Assembly (NCBI GenBank): GCA_019186845.1
Contig: JABARW010000018.1
Span: 3,180-67,179, forward strand
Origin: Planctomycetota bacterium
Lineage (GTDB): Bacteria; Planctomycetota; UBA8742; UBA2392
Length of the DNA stretch: 64,000 bases
Direction: 5' to 3'
Positions 53,112 through 63,844 of the stretch are shown here, piece after piece. Position numbers and translations under genes: made by a program. Numbering within the stretch: the stretch's first letter is position 1; each line of letters begins with the position of its first letter. The notes below the pieces were generated by a model. The model did no database searches. It saw only the letters and a program-made list of their open reading frames with translations, and was not told where the DNA came from.

Positions 53112-55922
53112 ATGGCCAGCACCCAAAGCCACTCCAACGCAGTCCCTGAACCGCCGCGCCCGGGCATGCGCCAGCGCGTGCTGCTGGGCCTGGCCGCCTT
53201 TGTGTGTCGGCGCGCCCTGTGGATCGTGCTCGCGGCCCTGCTGCTGGCCGGCTTGTCCGTCTGGCTCTCGATCACCCGCCTTTCCTTCATCACTGATCGC
53301 AACGCTCTGGTGGACCCCGAGGCCGAGTTCAACAAACGCTTCCTGCGCTTCAACGCGGCCTTTGGCGACCAGGAACTGATGCTGCTCTGCATCACGCCCG
53401 CACCGGGGCCCGTCAACAACCCTGACTTCGATCCGCCGCAGCCTTCGGCAGCGCAGCGCGCCGAAATGAAGCAGGCCGCCGCCAAGGTGGCCCGGGCGCT
53501 GCGCGCGCGCCCCGAGCTGTTTCCCCGCGTGATGGAGCGCGTGGACCCTGATAGTTTCGGCGGCACGCGCATGCTGTACATGCCGCTCAAAGACCTTGAA
53601 GCCACGGCAGTCCAGGTGGAAGCCGCCAGGCCCCTGATTGCCCGCGTGGCCCAGGAACCCGGCATCCCCGGCCTGCTGCGCGGCCTGCGCGAGAACATCG
53701 ACCAGGGCAGCGTGAGCGAGCTCAGCGGCGAACAGCTGGCCCGCGCCGGCGCCGAACTGACGTCGCTGATCAAGTCGCTTTGCGAATCTCTGGATCCCGC
53801 AAAGCCGGCCCAGGCGCCCGGCGGGCTCTTCGCATTCAACAGCAGCGACCCCAACCTCGACACCGATGGCTACTTCTTCACGTGGGAAGGGCGCATGCTC
53901 TTTGTGCTCCTCCTGCCGGCCAAGGACCACGCGGCGCTGAACCAGGTCAAGGAACCCATGGCCTTTGCGCGTGGCGTGCTGGCTGAAGTGCAGCGCGAGC
54001 ACCCGGGCCTGTCCCTGGGGCTCACGGGCCGCCCGGCCATCTACAGCGACGAAATGGAAACCAGCAACCGCGACATGACCAACGCCACCATCCTCGCGCT
54101 GCTTTCGGTCGCCCTTTTGTTCGCGCTCTGGTTTCGCGGGCTGGTGCGGCCCGCCCTGGGAGTGTTTTCGCTGGTGCTGGCCCTGTGCTGGACCATGGGC
54201 TTCACCACGCTGGCCCTGGGGCACCTCAACATTTTTGCCATGGTGTTTGGCGTGGTGCTCATCGGCCTGGGCATTGATTTCGCCATCCATGTGCTCAACC
54301 ACTACCGCCACGGCCTGGGGCGAGGCCTCTCGGTGCGCGAGGCTCTCTACGACTGCTACGCCGAAATCGGCGCGGGCACGGTGACCGGGGCGGTGACCAC
54401 GGCAGCCGCGCTGGCCACGGCCATGCTGACCGACTTCCTGGGCCTGGCGGAGCTTGGCCTGATCTGCGGCGTGGGCATTCTGTTCTGTCTGCTGTCGATG
54501 CTGGTGGTCCTGCCCGCGATGCTGGTGCTTTATGACCGCCGCCGCCTCGATGAGGGCGACCGCAACCTGCGCGAGGTCATGCGCGCGCGCACTCTAGAAG
54601 AGGCCCTGCACCCCCTTCCGCAGCGCACCACGCCCCTTCAGCGGGGCGCCGCGGCGGTCATCCTGGCCGCCATCCTCGCCGGGGTCGCCTCGGTCTCCTG
54701 GGCGGTCACTCACGGCTGGACGCCCTTTGACTACGACCTGCTCTCGCTCAACGACCCCTCGAGCGAAGCCGTGCATTGGGAGCAATTGCTGGTGCGCCAT
54801 GACCAGCGCGCCAGCTATGCCGTCAGCCTGCGAGAACGCCCCGAGGAGATCCGCGCCCTGCATGATCGCTTCCTGCCGCTCGTCGAGCAGGGCGTGATCC
54901 GTGGCCTGGAAACCATCATCCCGGAACACGAAGCACAGAGCCGGGCCCTGCTCGCGCGACTGGATGCCGCCCTGCCTGCCAGCTTCGCCGGCCAGAACCA
55001 GCCCAGCGACGCGCGGGCCGTGCAAAGCGCGGCCAGGACCCTGCAGGCGGGGCTGCGCACCCTGGCCGGGCGCGGCGAGAACTTTGGGCGCGCCTTTGGC
55101 CCCGCGGCCGACCAGGCGGCGGCCCTCGTGGAGCTTTGCCGCCTGTCGCCCGAGGGGGTCTCGCGGCGCCTGGCCGAAGTGGAGCCAGGCTTCTGCGGCG
55201 CCCTGCGCAAGGCGCTCTCCGACCTCAAGCGTGACGCATCACCGCCCCCCGTCACGCCCCAGACGCTGCCCGAAGTCATGCGCAACCGCTACGTGGGCCA
55301 CCTGGAAGACGGCCGCCCCCTCTACGCCCTGTACATCTACCCGCGCAAGGACATGTGGGACCACGAGAACGCCCGCGAATTCAACCGCCTGCTGCTGGCC
55401 ATCGACCCCGAGGCCACGGGTGTCACGATCCAGATTCAGGAGTCGGCGGATATCATCGTCAACGGCTTCGTGCGCAGTGTGCTTTACGCGGCGTTGGTCA
55501 TACTCACGCTGATCGCGCTGGACCTGCGGCGCCCCCTGGCCACGCTGATTTCGCTGCTGCCCCTGATGGGAGGGCTTGCCATGCTCGGCGGTGTCATGGT
55601 GTTCAGCGGCCTGAAGTTCAACTTCGCCAACTTCTTTGCCGTGCCCATTTTGATCGGCACCACGGTGGACGCCGGCGTCTACCTCGTGCACAGCCAGCGC
55701 CACGGTGACCCCGTGCGCACCCTGCGCCAGACGCGCGGCGCCTGCGTGCTGTGCTCGCTCACCACGGCCCTGGGCTTTGGCACGATGATGATCGCCCACC
55801 ACCGCGGCGTCATCAGCCTTGGCGCCATTCTTACCGTCGGGACCTTTGCCTCGATGCTTGTGGCCTTCTTCGTGGTGCCGGTCGTGCTGGGCTGGTTCAA
55901 CGCACGCGGCAAGCGCGTCTGA
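53112..55922 (+). CDS. RND/MMPL-superfamily transporter (HpnN-like)
   Basis: 936 aa with two six-helix hydrophobic blocks, each preceded by a large soluble loop. It is divergent from the hpnA-like gene. Confidence 0.6.
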   Translation: MASTQSHSNAVPEPPRPGMRQRVLLGLAAFVCRRALWIVLAALLLAGLSVWLSITRLSFITDRNALVDPEAEFNKRFLRFNAAFGDQELMLLCITPAPGPVNNPDFDPPQPSAAQRAEMKQAAAKVARALRARPELFPRVMERVDPDSFGGTRMLYMPLKDLEATAVQVEAARPLIARVAQEPGIPGLLRGLRENIDQGSVSELSGEQLARAGAELTSLIKSLCESLDPAKPAQAPGGLFAFNSSDPNLDTDGYFFTWEGRMLFVLLLPAKDHAALNQVKEPMAFARGVLAEVQREHPGLSLGLTGRPAIYSDEMETSNRDMTNATILALLSVALLFALWFRGLVRPALGVFSLVLALCWTMGFTTLALGHLNIFAMVFGVVLIGLGIDFAIHVLNHYRHGLGRGLSVREALYDCYAEIGAGTVTGAVTTAAALATAMLTDFLGLAELGLICGVGILFCLLSMLVVLPAMLVLYDRRRLDEGDRNLREVMRARTLEEALHPLPQRTTPLQRGAAAVILAAILAGVASVSWAVTHGWTPFDYDLLSLNDPSSEAVHWEQLLVRHDQRASYAVSLRERPEEIRALHDRFLPLVEQGVIRGLETIIPEHEAQSRALLARLDAALPASFAGQNQPSDARAVQSAARTLQAGLRTLAGRGENFGRAFGPAADQAAALVELCRLSPEGVSRRLAEVEPGFCGALRKALSDLKRDASPPPVTPQTLPEVMRNRYVGHLEDGRPLYALYIYPRKDMWDHENAREFNRLLLAIDPEATGVTIQIQESADIIVNGFVRSVLYAALVILTLIALDLRRPLATLISLLPLMGGLAMLGGVMVFSGLKFNFANFFAVPILIGTTVDAGVYLVHSQRHGDPVRTLRQTRGACVLCSLTTALGFGTMMIAHHRGVISLGAILTVGTFASMLVAFFVVPVVLGWFNARGKRV

Positions 55923-55995
55923 TTGCCGTAAATCCGGCGGAATGCCCAAGGCCGATTCGCGTTATGATAGAGTAAGTGCCAGGGCCGGAGAGAGC

Positions 55996-56841
55996 ATGCG
56001 CGTCTTCTACTCGCTGGTGATTGCCGCGGTTTTCCTGCTGGGCGTGGGCGTTTCGCAGGCCCAGGAGGCCAAGAGTCCCGATCTGGGTCTCAGCGTTTTC
56101 AAGTTGGGCGAAGTCAACGCCAACGACAAGCAGGCTGGCGAGGCCATTGACAAGCTGGCCAAACACCTGAGCGATCAGGTCAAGGATGCGAAGTTCGCGC
56201 GGCGCGGCGTGCGCAACAAGCCCGACGACACCCTGACCCTGCTCAAGGACGACAAGAACCCCACGGCCCTGGCCATCGTCAGCCCCGGCTTTTACTTCAA
56301 GCACAAGGACAGCCTGAAGCTGACGGCCCTGGCCGAAGCGCGGCGCGGCGGATTCAACGGCGAACAGTACACGCTGGTGGGCAACGTGAAGGCCGAGAAG
56401 TACCCCGAAGGCAAGAAGGTTGCCACGACGCTCGACGCCGACCTCGACTGGCTCGACAAGGTCGTGCTGCCAAGGCCCCAGGGCGCCAAGCCCGTGCAGT
56501 GGGTCCATTACGACAACCTCGCCGACGCGGGCTACCTGTTTGTAGACGAGCCCAAAAGCGCGCCGGACTTCATCCTGCTGGACCGCGTGAGCCTGAAGGT
56601 CTTCCAGGACGACGCGGACCTCAAGGCTCTGGTCGCGGGAATCACAAGCGAATTGCTGCCCCAGGACCTGGTCGTGGAGGTGGATGGCCGCCTGGGCAAA
56701 CACCGGGACGCCACGATCAAGGTGCTGGCGGAACTCGACAAGACGCCCGAGGGCAAAAAGCTTGGCGAACTGCTTCAGACCGCCACCTTTCCCGCCCCCG
56801 ACAAAAAGCGGCTCGAAGCCGCAGCCGCCCGTTACCAGTAG
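55996..56841 (+). CDS. Secreted protein, possibly with a periplasmic substrate-binding-like fold
   Basis: GGAGAGAG RBS. Signal peptide MRVFYSLVIAAVFLLGVGVSQA. The fold assignment is only an impression. Confidence 0.4.
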   Translation: MRVFYSLVIAAVFLLGVGVSQAQEAKSPDLGLSVFKLGEVNANDKQAGEAIDKLAKHLSDQVKDAKFARRGVRNKPDDTLTLLKDDKNPTALAIVSPGFYFKHKDSLKLTALAEARRGGFNGEQYTLVGNVKAEKYPEGKKVATTLDADLDWLDKVVLPRPQGAKPVQWVHYDNLADAGYLFVDEPKSAPDFILLDRVSLKVFQDDADLKALVAGITSELLPQDLVVEVDGRLGKHRDATIKVLAELDKTPEGKKLGELLQTATFPAPDKKRLEAAAARYQ

Positions 56842-56846
56842 GCCCC

Positions 56847-57740
56847 ATGACGCTGACCCACACCCAATCCGCCTTTGACCTGATGCGCCGCCGCCGCTTC
56901 TGGGCCAACATGGGCTTGGGCGCCTTGCTGGTGCTCATGGGGCTGGTGCTGGGCGTATGCAGCTCCTGCCAGAGCGTGCCCGAAGATACTTTCAAGACCA
57001 CGGGCCCCCTGACTCCGGACAAAGTCGAAGACTACGGTCGGCTGGTGGCCGAAGGCCGTGACCTCTACGAAGCGCAACCCCGAAACGAAGAACGCCTGCG
57101 CAACAGCGTCTCGCGCTTCGACCATGCCATGACGCTCAAGAGCGACGACTACGACACGCTCTGGCAGGGTGCCCGCAGTTGCGCGTGGCTGGCGGCCTAT
57201 GCCGGCCAAAAGACCGACCGCGTCGAGTTCTCCAAGGCCGGCCTGCGTTACGCGCAGACGGCCCTCAAGGTCAAGCCCGCGGGCACGGAAGGGCTGTTCT
57301 ACTTCGCGGTGCTCAGCGGCCGCCTGGGCGAAAACGACAACAGCTACGGCCTGGACGCTGTCACGAAGATTGAAGAGAGCTGCAAGAGAATCATCGAAAG
57401 CGGCGCCGATGTCGCCTACGGCGGCGCCCATCGCGTTTACGGCATGCTCCTGCTGCGCGCGCCGGCACCGCCCACCAGCATCGGCTCGTTGCGCAACGCC
57501 CGAAAGCAGCTCGAAGCGGCCCTGGCCAAAGCACCGGACTGGCCGGAGAATCACCTGTGTGCGGCAGAGATGGAGTTCGCCTGGGCCAAGGACCGCGAAA
57601 AGCCGGAGTTTGCCGCCCAGGCGCGCGAGCGCCTTCAGAAGTATCTGCTGGCGCCCGAGGCCCGGGCGCCCCAGGGCCACGAGTTCGAGTTTGAGCGCTG
57701 GAAAGAAGACGCGCTCAAACTCCTCGCCGAGAATCGCTGA
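56847..57740 (+). CDS. Helical-repeat lipoprotein (possibly TatT-like TPR protein)
   Basis: ATG at 56847, 5 nt after the upstream stop. Hydrophobic anchor ending LVLGVCSSC. All-helical repeat sequence. The longer track ORF overlaps the upstream gene and was rejected. Confidence 0.45.
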   Translation: MTLTHTQSAFDLMRRRRFWANMGLGALLVLMGLVLGVCSSCQSVPEDTFKTTGPLTPDKVEDYGRLVAEGRDLYEAQPRNEERLRNSVSRFDHAMTLKSDDYDTLWQGARSCAWLAAYAGQKTDRVEFSKAGLRYAQTALKVKPAGTEGLFYFAVLSGRLGENDNSYGLDAVTKIEESCKRIIESGADVAYGGAHRVYGMLLLRAPAPPTSIGSLRNARKQLEAALAKAPDWPENHLCAAEMEFAWAKDREKPEFAAQARERLQKYLLAPEARAPQGHEFEFERWKEDALKLLAENR

Positions 57741-57752
57741 CATTCAGCGAAG

Positions 57753-58016
57753 TCAGGGATAGACATCGCCGTTCTCAAGCGCCTTGGCGTCTTCATAGGG
57801 CGCGGCCACGCGCCGATAGAGTTCGAGCTTGGCGCACTCCAGGGCCCCCACCAGCTCGTTCATGCGCGCGTAGGAGCGCGGCTCCAGCAGCGCGGCGCAG
57901 AGCCGCGAAACCACGTAGTTCAGGTGCCCGGCGAACTTCTCGCGCGGCAAGGCGGCGGCCAGGGCGTCGATGGCTGCGTCGAGCCTGGCGCGCTCCTCCT
58001 GCTTGATGTAGGGCAT
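57753..58016 (-). CDS. Small conserved hypothetical protein (87 aa)
   Basis: A clean ORF (MPYIKQEERARLD...PYEDAKALENGDVYP) with good third-position GC. I cannot name a family. Confidence 0.5.
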   Translation of the reverse strand: MPYIKQEERARLDAAIDALAAALPREKFAGHLNYVVSRLCAALLEPRSYARMNELVGALECAKLELYRRVAAPYEDAKALENGDVYP

Positions 58017-58037
58017 GGACTCTCCAGGCGGGCCAGG

Positions 58038-59414
<1,377 letters not shown>

Positions 59415-59437
59415 TCAAGCCGACCTAAACTGCCCCC

Positions 59438-60742
59438 ATGTCCGAATTCTCCCTCATCATCGTCGCCGGAGGCATGGGCACGCGCATGCAGAGCGCGACC
59501 AAGAAGCCCTTCCTTGAAATCGGCGGCCGCCCCATGCTCGAACACACCTGCCGCGCCTTTGCCGGCGTGCGCGGCATCGTCGAGACCGTCATCGTGCTTC
59601 CGCAGGATGAAATCGCCCGGCTCACGGGGACCCCGGCGCAGAGCGTGGAGCTGGCATCGGTCAAGGGCGGCGGCGAACTGCTGGACACCCTGCGCGCCCT
59701 GGGCGTCACGCGTTTCGTTGCCGGGGGCGCGCGCCGCCAGGACAGCGTGCACAACGGACTGGCGGCCTGTCGCCTTGGCGAGTTCGTGCTGGTACATGAC
59801 GCGGCACGGCCTTTCGTGCGGCGCGACCATGTGGAGGCGGTCATGGCCCAGGCGCGCCAAAGCGGCGCCGCCATCCTGGCGCTGCCGGTCAAGGACACAC
59901 TCAAGCGCGTGGATGACGCGGGCCGCATCGTGGGCACGGTGGACCGCAAACACCTGTGGGCCGCCCAGACGCCCCAGGCCGCGCGCCGCAAGGACCTGCT
60001 TGGCGCCTTTGCTCGCTTTGGCAAGGAAGATGTCACGGACGACGCGGCCCTGCTCGAACGCGCGGGCATCGCCTGCGCCGTGGTCACGGGAGACGCCGGC
60101 AACTTCAAGGTGACGACGCCCGACGACCTGGTCATGGCCGAGCGCATGATGGGGCCAAGGCCCAAGGCCACGAGCTGGCGGCTGTCCAGCGCCGGCCGCT
60201 CGACGCGGCCCCAGAGCGCCATTTTCCGCGAGCTGCCCTCCGCCGATACCATCATGGAGCTGACGCCGGGCGGCGAGGCGCACAAACGCACGCCCGATGA
60301 AGCCTTTAATGACGCCGTGGAAGCCGCGCGCATGGCGGATTTCACGTCGGCGCTGGTGTTCGCAACCGAGGCACTGGAACTCAAGCCGCAGTGGGCCGAT
60401 GCCTGGTCGCTGATGGCAGGCTGCTACGACCAGATTGGCGACCATGACCGCGCACTGCGCGCAGCCGAGCAGGCGGCAAAGTCGGAACCCGGCAAGGCGC
60501 AGTGGTGGATCAACTACGGCTTTCTGCTGCTGGGCGCCAGGCGCTGGCAGGAAAGCGAAGGGGCCTACCTCAAGGCGCTGGCCCTGGATGAAAAGAGCGC
60601 GGGGGCGCACTTCAACCTGGCGCTGGCCAAGGCCAACCTGGGCCGGCGCGCCGAGGCTTCCAGGCATCTCAAGCGGGCCGTCGAACTGAGACCCGACCTC
60701 GCGGCGGAAGCCCGCAAGTTCGAGGTCTTCCAGGGGCTCTGA
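59438..60742 (+). CDS. ispD: 2-C-methyl-D-erythritol 4-phosphate cytidylyltransferase fused to a C-terminal TPR domain
   Basis: IIVAGGMGTRM...KPFLEIGGRPML, VHDAARPF, KDTLK. After ~aa 235 there is a linker, then about 4 TPR units (WSLMAGCYDQIGDHDRALRAAEQAAKSEP...). Confidence 0.85.
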   Translation: MSEFSLIIVAGGMGTRMQSATKKPFLEIGGRPMLEHTCRAFAGVRGIVETVIVLPQDEIARLTGTPAQSVELASVKGGGELLDTLRALGVTRFVAGGARRQDSVHNGLAACRLGEFVLVHDAARPFVRRDHVEAVMAQARQSGAAILALPVKDTLKRVDDAGRIVGTVDRKHLWAAQTPQAARRKDLLGAFARFGKEDVTDDAALLERAGIACAVVTGDAGNFKVTTPDDLVMAERMMGPRPKATSWRLSSAGRSTRPQSAIFRELPSADTIMELTPGGEAHKRTPDEAFNDAVEAARMADFTSALVFATEALELKPQWADAWSLMAGCYDQIGDHDRALRAAEQAAKSEPGKAQWWINYGFLLLGARRWQESEGAYLKALALDEKSAGAHFNLALAKANLGRRAEASRHLKRAVELRPDLAAEARKFEVFQGL

Positions 60743-60745
60743 CAG

Positions 60746-61522
60746 CTACTTGCTGCGATCTTCGTCGACCTTGATGGAACCCAGGAATTCGCGGACGCGG
60801 CGTTCAACGTAGTTGACGCGGAACACGTTATCCACGATCAGGGTCTTGTGGGCGTCGGCGCCGGGGCCCGGCTTGAAGATGAGGCGGCCGCCGCCGAAAA
60901 TCACCCATTCCAGCAGGTCGGGGATTTCCTTCTCCACGCTCATCTGCAGGGTGGCGTACTGGCGCTCATCGCCCAGCAGGCCGTGCTTGTGCATCAGCCG
61001 ATTGGGCTCCAGCACCCAGTAATCAAAGCGCGTGGCCAGAAAGGCGAACAGAAAGAGCACGCCGAATATCGCGAAGATGCACAGGTAGAAATTGGGGTGC
61101 AGGGCGAGGTTGGCGTCTCGGAAGAACTGGTAAATCGCGCCGTACACCGCCGTCTGGCTCTGCAATTCGTACACATAGAGCCCCAGCAGGATGACCGCCG
61201 TAGTGGCGAACGTGGCAATGACGTTGCCGCGCCCGAAGTCAAAGGTCTGCACCAGCAGGTTGAAGAAGAAAACGAACATCCACCACCAGCCAAGGGCGGA
61301 AGGATCAATGAGCGGCCCCGGGTCCTTCCACCAGCCGCCGCCGAGGAAGTAGAACACGATGGATGTCAGGGCCAGGGGCCAGGCCAGTACGATCTTGGGC
61401 CAAGGATGGATAACGATGCGCTCGGGCATGGCAGGCCGCACCTGTTTCAAAGCCTGCGAAACGGGCACATCAGCGTTGGCGGCAGGCTTGCTGTCAGCGG
61501 GCTTGGCGGGTTCGTCGGCCAT
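60746..61522 (-). CDS. Membrane protein with a C-terminal bacterial PH-like domain
   Basis: Four hydrophobic helices, then LMHKHGLLGDERQYATLQMSVEKEIPDLLEWVIFGGGRLIF, which resembles YdbS/YdbT-type bPH domains. Confidence 0.45.
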   Translation of the reverse strand: MADEPAKPADSKPAANADVPVSQALKQVRPAMPERIVIHPWPKIVLAWPLALTSIVFYFLGGGWWKDPGPLIDPSALGWWWMFVFFFNLLVQTFDFGRGNVIATFATTAVILLGLYVYELQSQTAVYGAIYQFFRDANLALHPNFYLCIFAIFGVLFLFAFLATRFDYWVLEPNRLMHKHGLLGDERQYATLQMSVEKEIPDLLEWVIFGGGRLIFKPGPGADAHKTLIVDNVFRVNYVERRVREFLGSIKVDEDRSK

Positions 61523-61581
61523 GAAATTTCCCCTGGGTTCGCCGAAGTCTATTCTGCTTCGCGCCGCAATGCAAAGCGCAG

Positions 61582-62844
61582 CTACTTCGCCTGCACGACG
61601 CGGGGATAAACCACGTCGTCGTCGCCGCGCACGAGCTTGAGGGAATCACCGGCCAGATTCAGGGCCAGGATCAGCTCCTTCATGAACTTGATCTGGGCGC
61701 GGCCCAGGACCAGGGCCTCCGTTGAGCGAAAGACCTCCGCGGCGGACTGGCTCACCGGGTTGAGAAAATCGCCCAGCTCCGTCAGCCAGTTGTCCACCAG
61801 GAAGGCCTGCCCCTCGAGTGCCGCCGCCTCGATTTTCCAGCCGCGCGACATCTGGGCCAGGGCCTCGGCCCGCAGTTCTTCACGCGAGGCCTTGAGCAGC
61901 GGCCGCACGTTCAACGACAGCATCAGCGCGGGCGAGTAAAGGTCGATGCCCACCACGTGCTGCCATTCCTCGTTCACGATCACGGCCCGCTGATCGGCGG
62001 CCATCAGGCCGACGCAGCCGTCATAAAAGCGGTGCTTGAGTTCCAGCTCGTCGATGAGCTTCTCGAGCTTGAGCGTCTGCTCGGTGTAGCCGGCCTGCGC
62101 CTTTTCCCAGGCGGCCTCGTAGTCTTCTCCCAGTTCGGCCATGCGCTTGAGCTGGGCCTCGGTCAGCGGCTTGCCGGCACCCTTGAGCGCGTTGGCCATC
62201 AAGTTGGCCAGGCTGATGGGGTGGGTGTATTCGCCGTTACCCGAGGCATGGGTGGGCAGCTTGCGCAGGACCTTGATGGCGTGGCCCTGCAGGACGCGGT
62301 TGAGCGCCATGATCTCCTGCCTGTCCGCGGGGTCCGGCTCTTTGCCCTCGGCGTGGGCCTTCATGAGCTTTTCCAGCAGCAGGCGCATCTTGCCCGAGGT
62401 CTCGGCCAGTTCGTCCCACTTGGCCTCACGAATCTCAACCATGTCCGCATGCTTGCCGAACTTCACCAGCGGGTCCTTGCCGGGCTTGGGCGGCTCGGGC
62501 GGGGCCTTGGCTGCCTGCGCCTCGGCCAGATCCTTCTCCGCCTGCTCCAGACGGCTGGCGAGTTCCTTCTTCTCGCGGCGCAGGGCTTCGGTGGCCTTTT
62601 CCACGGCGGCATCCTGGCCGGCCTTGGCCTTGGCGCGCTCGTCGGCCCTGGCCGCGTCGATGTCATCGCCCGTGTAAAGGGCCTTGGGCCCCGTGGGCAC
62701 CTCGGTTTTTTCGCCGGCGCGCTCGCGGGGGCGCGAGGGCACGTCCTGCTTCTGCGGATCGGGCGCGGGCTTGAGCACCCAGCCGCCGGCCAAACCCACC
62801 GCAAGCCCGATCACCACCCCCAGGGCCAGAGTCTTGCTATCCAT
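61582..62844 (-). CDS. TM-anchored coiled-coil protein carrying the same ~290-aa domain as the sigma fusion at 39..1925
   Basis: TM helix LALGVVIGLAVGLAGGWVL and a coiled coil. The domain has GEYTHPISLANLMANALKGAGKPLTEAQLKRMAELGEDYEAAW, compared with GELTHPISSTNLLATTLKLAGQPLDERQVAEINRLGEEFDARF in the sigma fusion. Start at the ATG at 62844. Confidence 0.65.
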   Translation of the reverse strand: MDSKTLALGVVIGLAVGLAGGWVLKPAPDPQKQDVPSRPRERAGEKTEVPTGPKALYTGDDIDAARADERAKAKAGQDAAVEKATEALRREKKELASRLEQAEKDLAEAQAAKAPPEPPKPGKDPLVKFGKHADMVEIREAKWDELAETSGKMRLLLEKLMKAHAEGKEPDPADRQEIMALNRVLQGHAIKVLRKLPTHASGNGEYTHPISLANLMANALKGAGKPLTEAQLKRMAELGEDYEAAWEKAQAGYTEQTLKLEKLIDELELKHRFYDGCVGLMAADQRAVIVNEEWQHVVGIDLYSPALMLSLNVRPLLKASREELRAEALAQMSRGWKIEAAALEGQAFLVDNWLTELGDFLNPVSQSAAEVFRSTEALVLGRAQIKFMKELILALNLAGDSLKLVRGDDDVVYPRVVQAK

Positions 62845-62869
62845 AGCCGTGCACTCCCGTAATGGGCGC

Positions 62870-63844
62870 CTACTTGCGCGCCTCTTCAATGCGCTGCTTC
62901 AAAGCAATCAGGTTCTCGGCGCGGGCATCCTTGTCCAGGCCCGCCTGGGTGATGGCCAGAGCGTCATCGTACTTTTTCTGAACCAGGTACCACTTGCCAT
63001 AGGCCTCGTAAATCTCCGTGAAGCGGGCCTCCCAGGTCATCTTGGCCTGCATGGAAAGGGCCTTGTCGAGGTCGGCTTTGGCGCCCTCGAACTCGGAGAA
63101 GCCGGGCGGATAGTTGGCCTTGAACACCGCGACAAAATGCAGAGCGTCATAATAGTCCGGATCAATCAACTGCGCCTTCTTGGCCTCCTTCATGATGTTC
63201 GAGGCCAGGATGCCCTGCTCCAGCCCCTGCTTGACGTCGCGAAACGTGGAGGTCATGGCCTCGGCCAGGGCCAGGCGCAGATGCTTGTTCTCGGGTTCGT
63301 CGGCCACCAGCGCCTTGAGCTTGGCCACCACTTCCTTGCGCGTTTCGGCGTCGGTCTCCCACAGCAGGTCGTTGACCTTCTGGCGCGTCTGCGGATCTCC
63401 CAGGTTGGCGTAATAGCCGGGCAGCAGGTCGGCCAGCTTGCGCTTGGCTTCCTCCGCCTTGGCCTTGGCATCGGCGGGCAGCGCGGGCTTGGCCTCCGCA
63501 CCGGGCTCGGGCGCGGCTTTCTCTGGCGGCTTTGCCGGGTCGGCCGGCACGGCGGCGCGCTTTTCCAGGGCGGCGGCCACGGCCGCCTGAACATCGGCGA
63601 GCGTGACGGGCGGCGGCAAGTCGGCGAGCTTGCGATCGAGTTTGTCCTGGCCCTGCTTCAGAGCGGCCAACTCGGCCCGCGCGGACTTCAGCTCCTGGGT
63701 CTGGCTCTGCCCCTGCGTCTCCAGCTCGGCCAGGCGCGCGTCTGCTGCCGCGAGTTTCGTTTCCAAAGCCCCCACCCTGGGGTCGGACTGCCCGCAGCCG
63801 GCCAGAAAGAATGCCGCAAAAGTGACCATCAGCAAGCGCTTCAT
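62870..63844 (-). CDS. Coiled-coil / helical-repeat lipoprotein
   Basis: Lipobox MKRLLMVTFAAFFLAGC. N-terminal coiled coil and a C-terminal TPR-like helical region. It lies 25 nt upstream of 61582..62844 on the same strand. Confidence 0.6.
   Translation of the reverse strand: MKRLLMVTFAAFFLAGCGQSDPRVGALETKLAAADARLAELETQGQSQTQELKSARAELAALKQGQDKLDRKLADLPPPVTLADVQAAVAAALEKRAAVPADPAKPPEKAAPEPGAEAKPALPADAKAKAEEAKRKLADLLPGYYANLGDPQTRQKVNDLLWETDAETRKEVVAKLKALVADEPENKHLRLALAEAMTSTFRDVKQGLEQGILASNIMKEAKKAQLIDPDYYDALHFVAVFKANYPPGFSEFEGAKADLDKALSMQAKMTWEARFTEIYEAYGKWYLVQKKYDDALAITQAGLDKDARAENLIALKQRIEEARK

Noticed and set aside
56499-56846. An upstream extension of the helical lipoprotein ORF (the 413-aa version). 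The same applies to the 55819 start of the preceding gene.
   Set aside because: The extensions overlap the preceding genes in another frame and are Arg/Pro/Gly-rich. ATG 56847 and ATG 55996 give proper signal peptides, and 55996 has an RBS.
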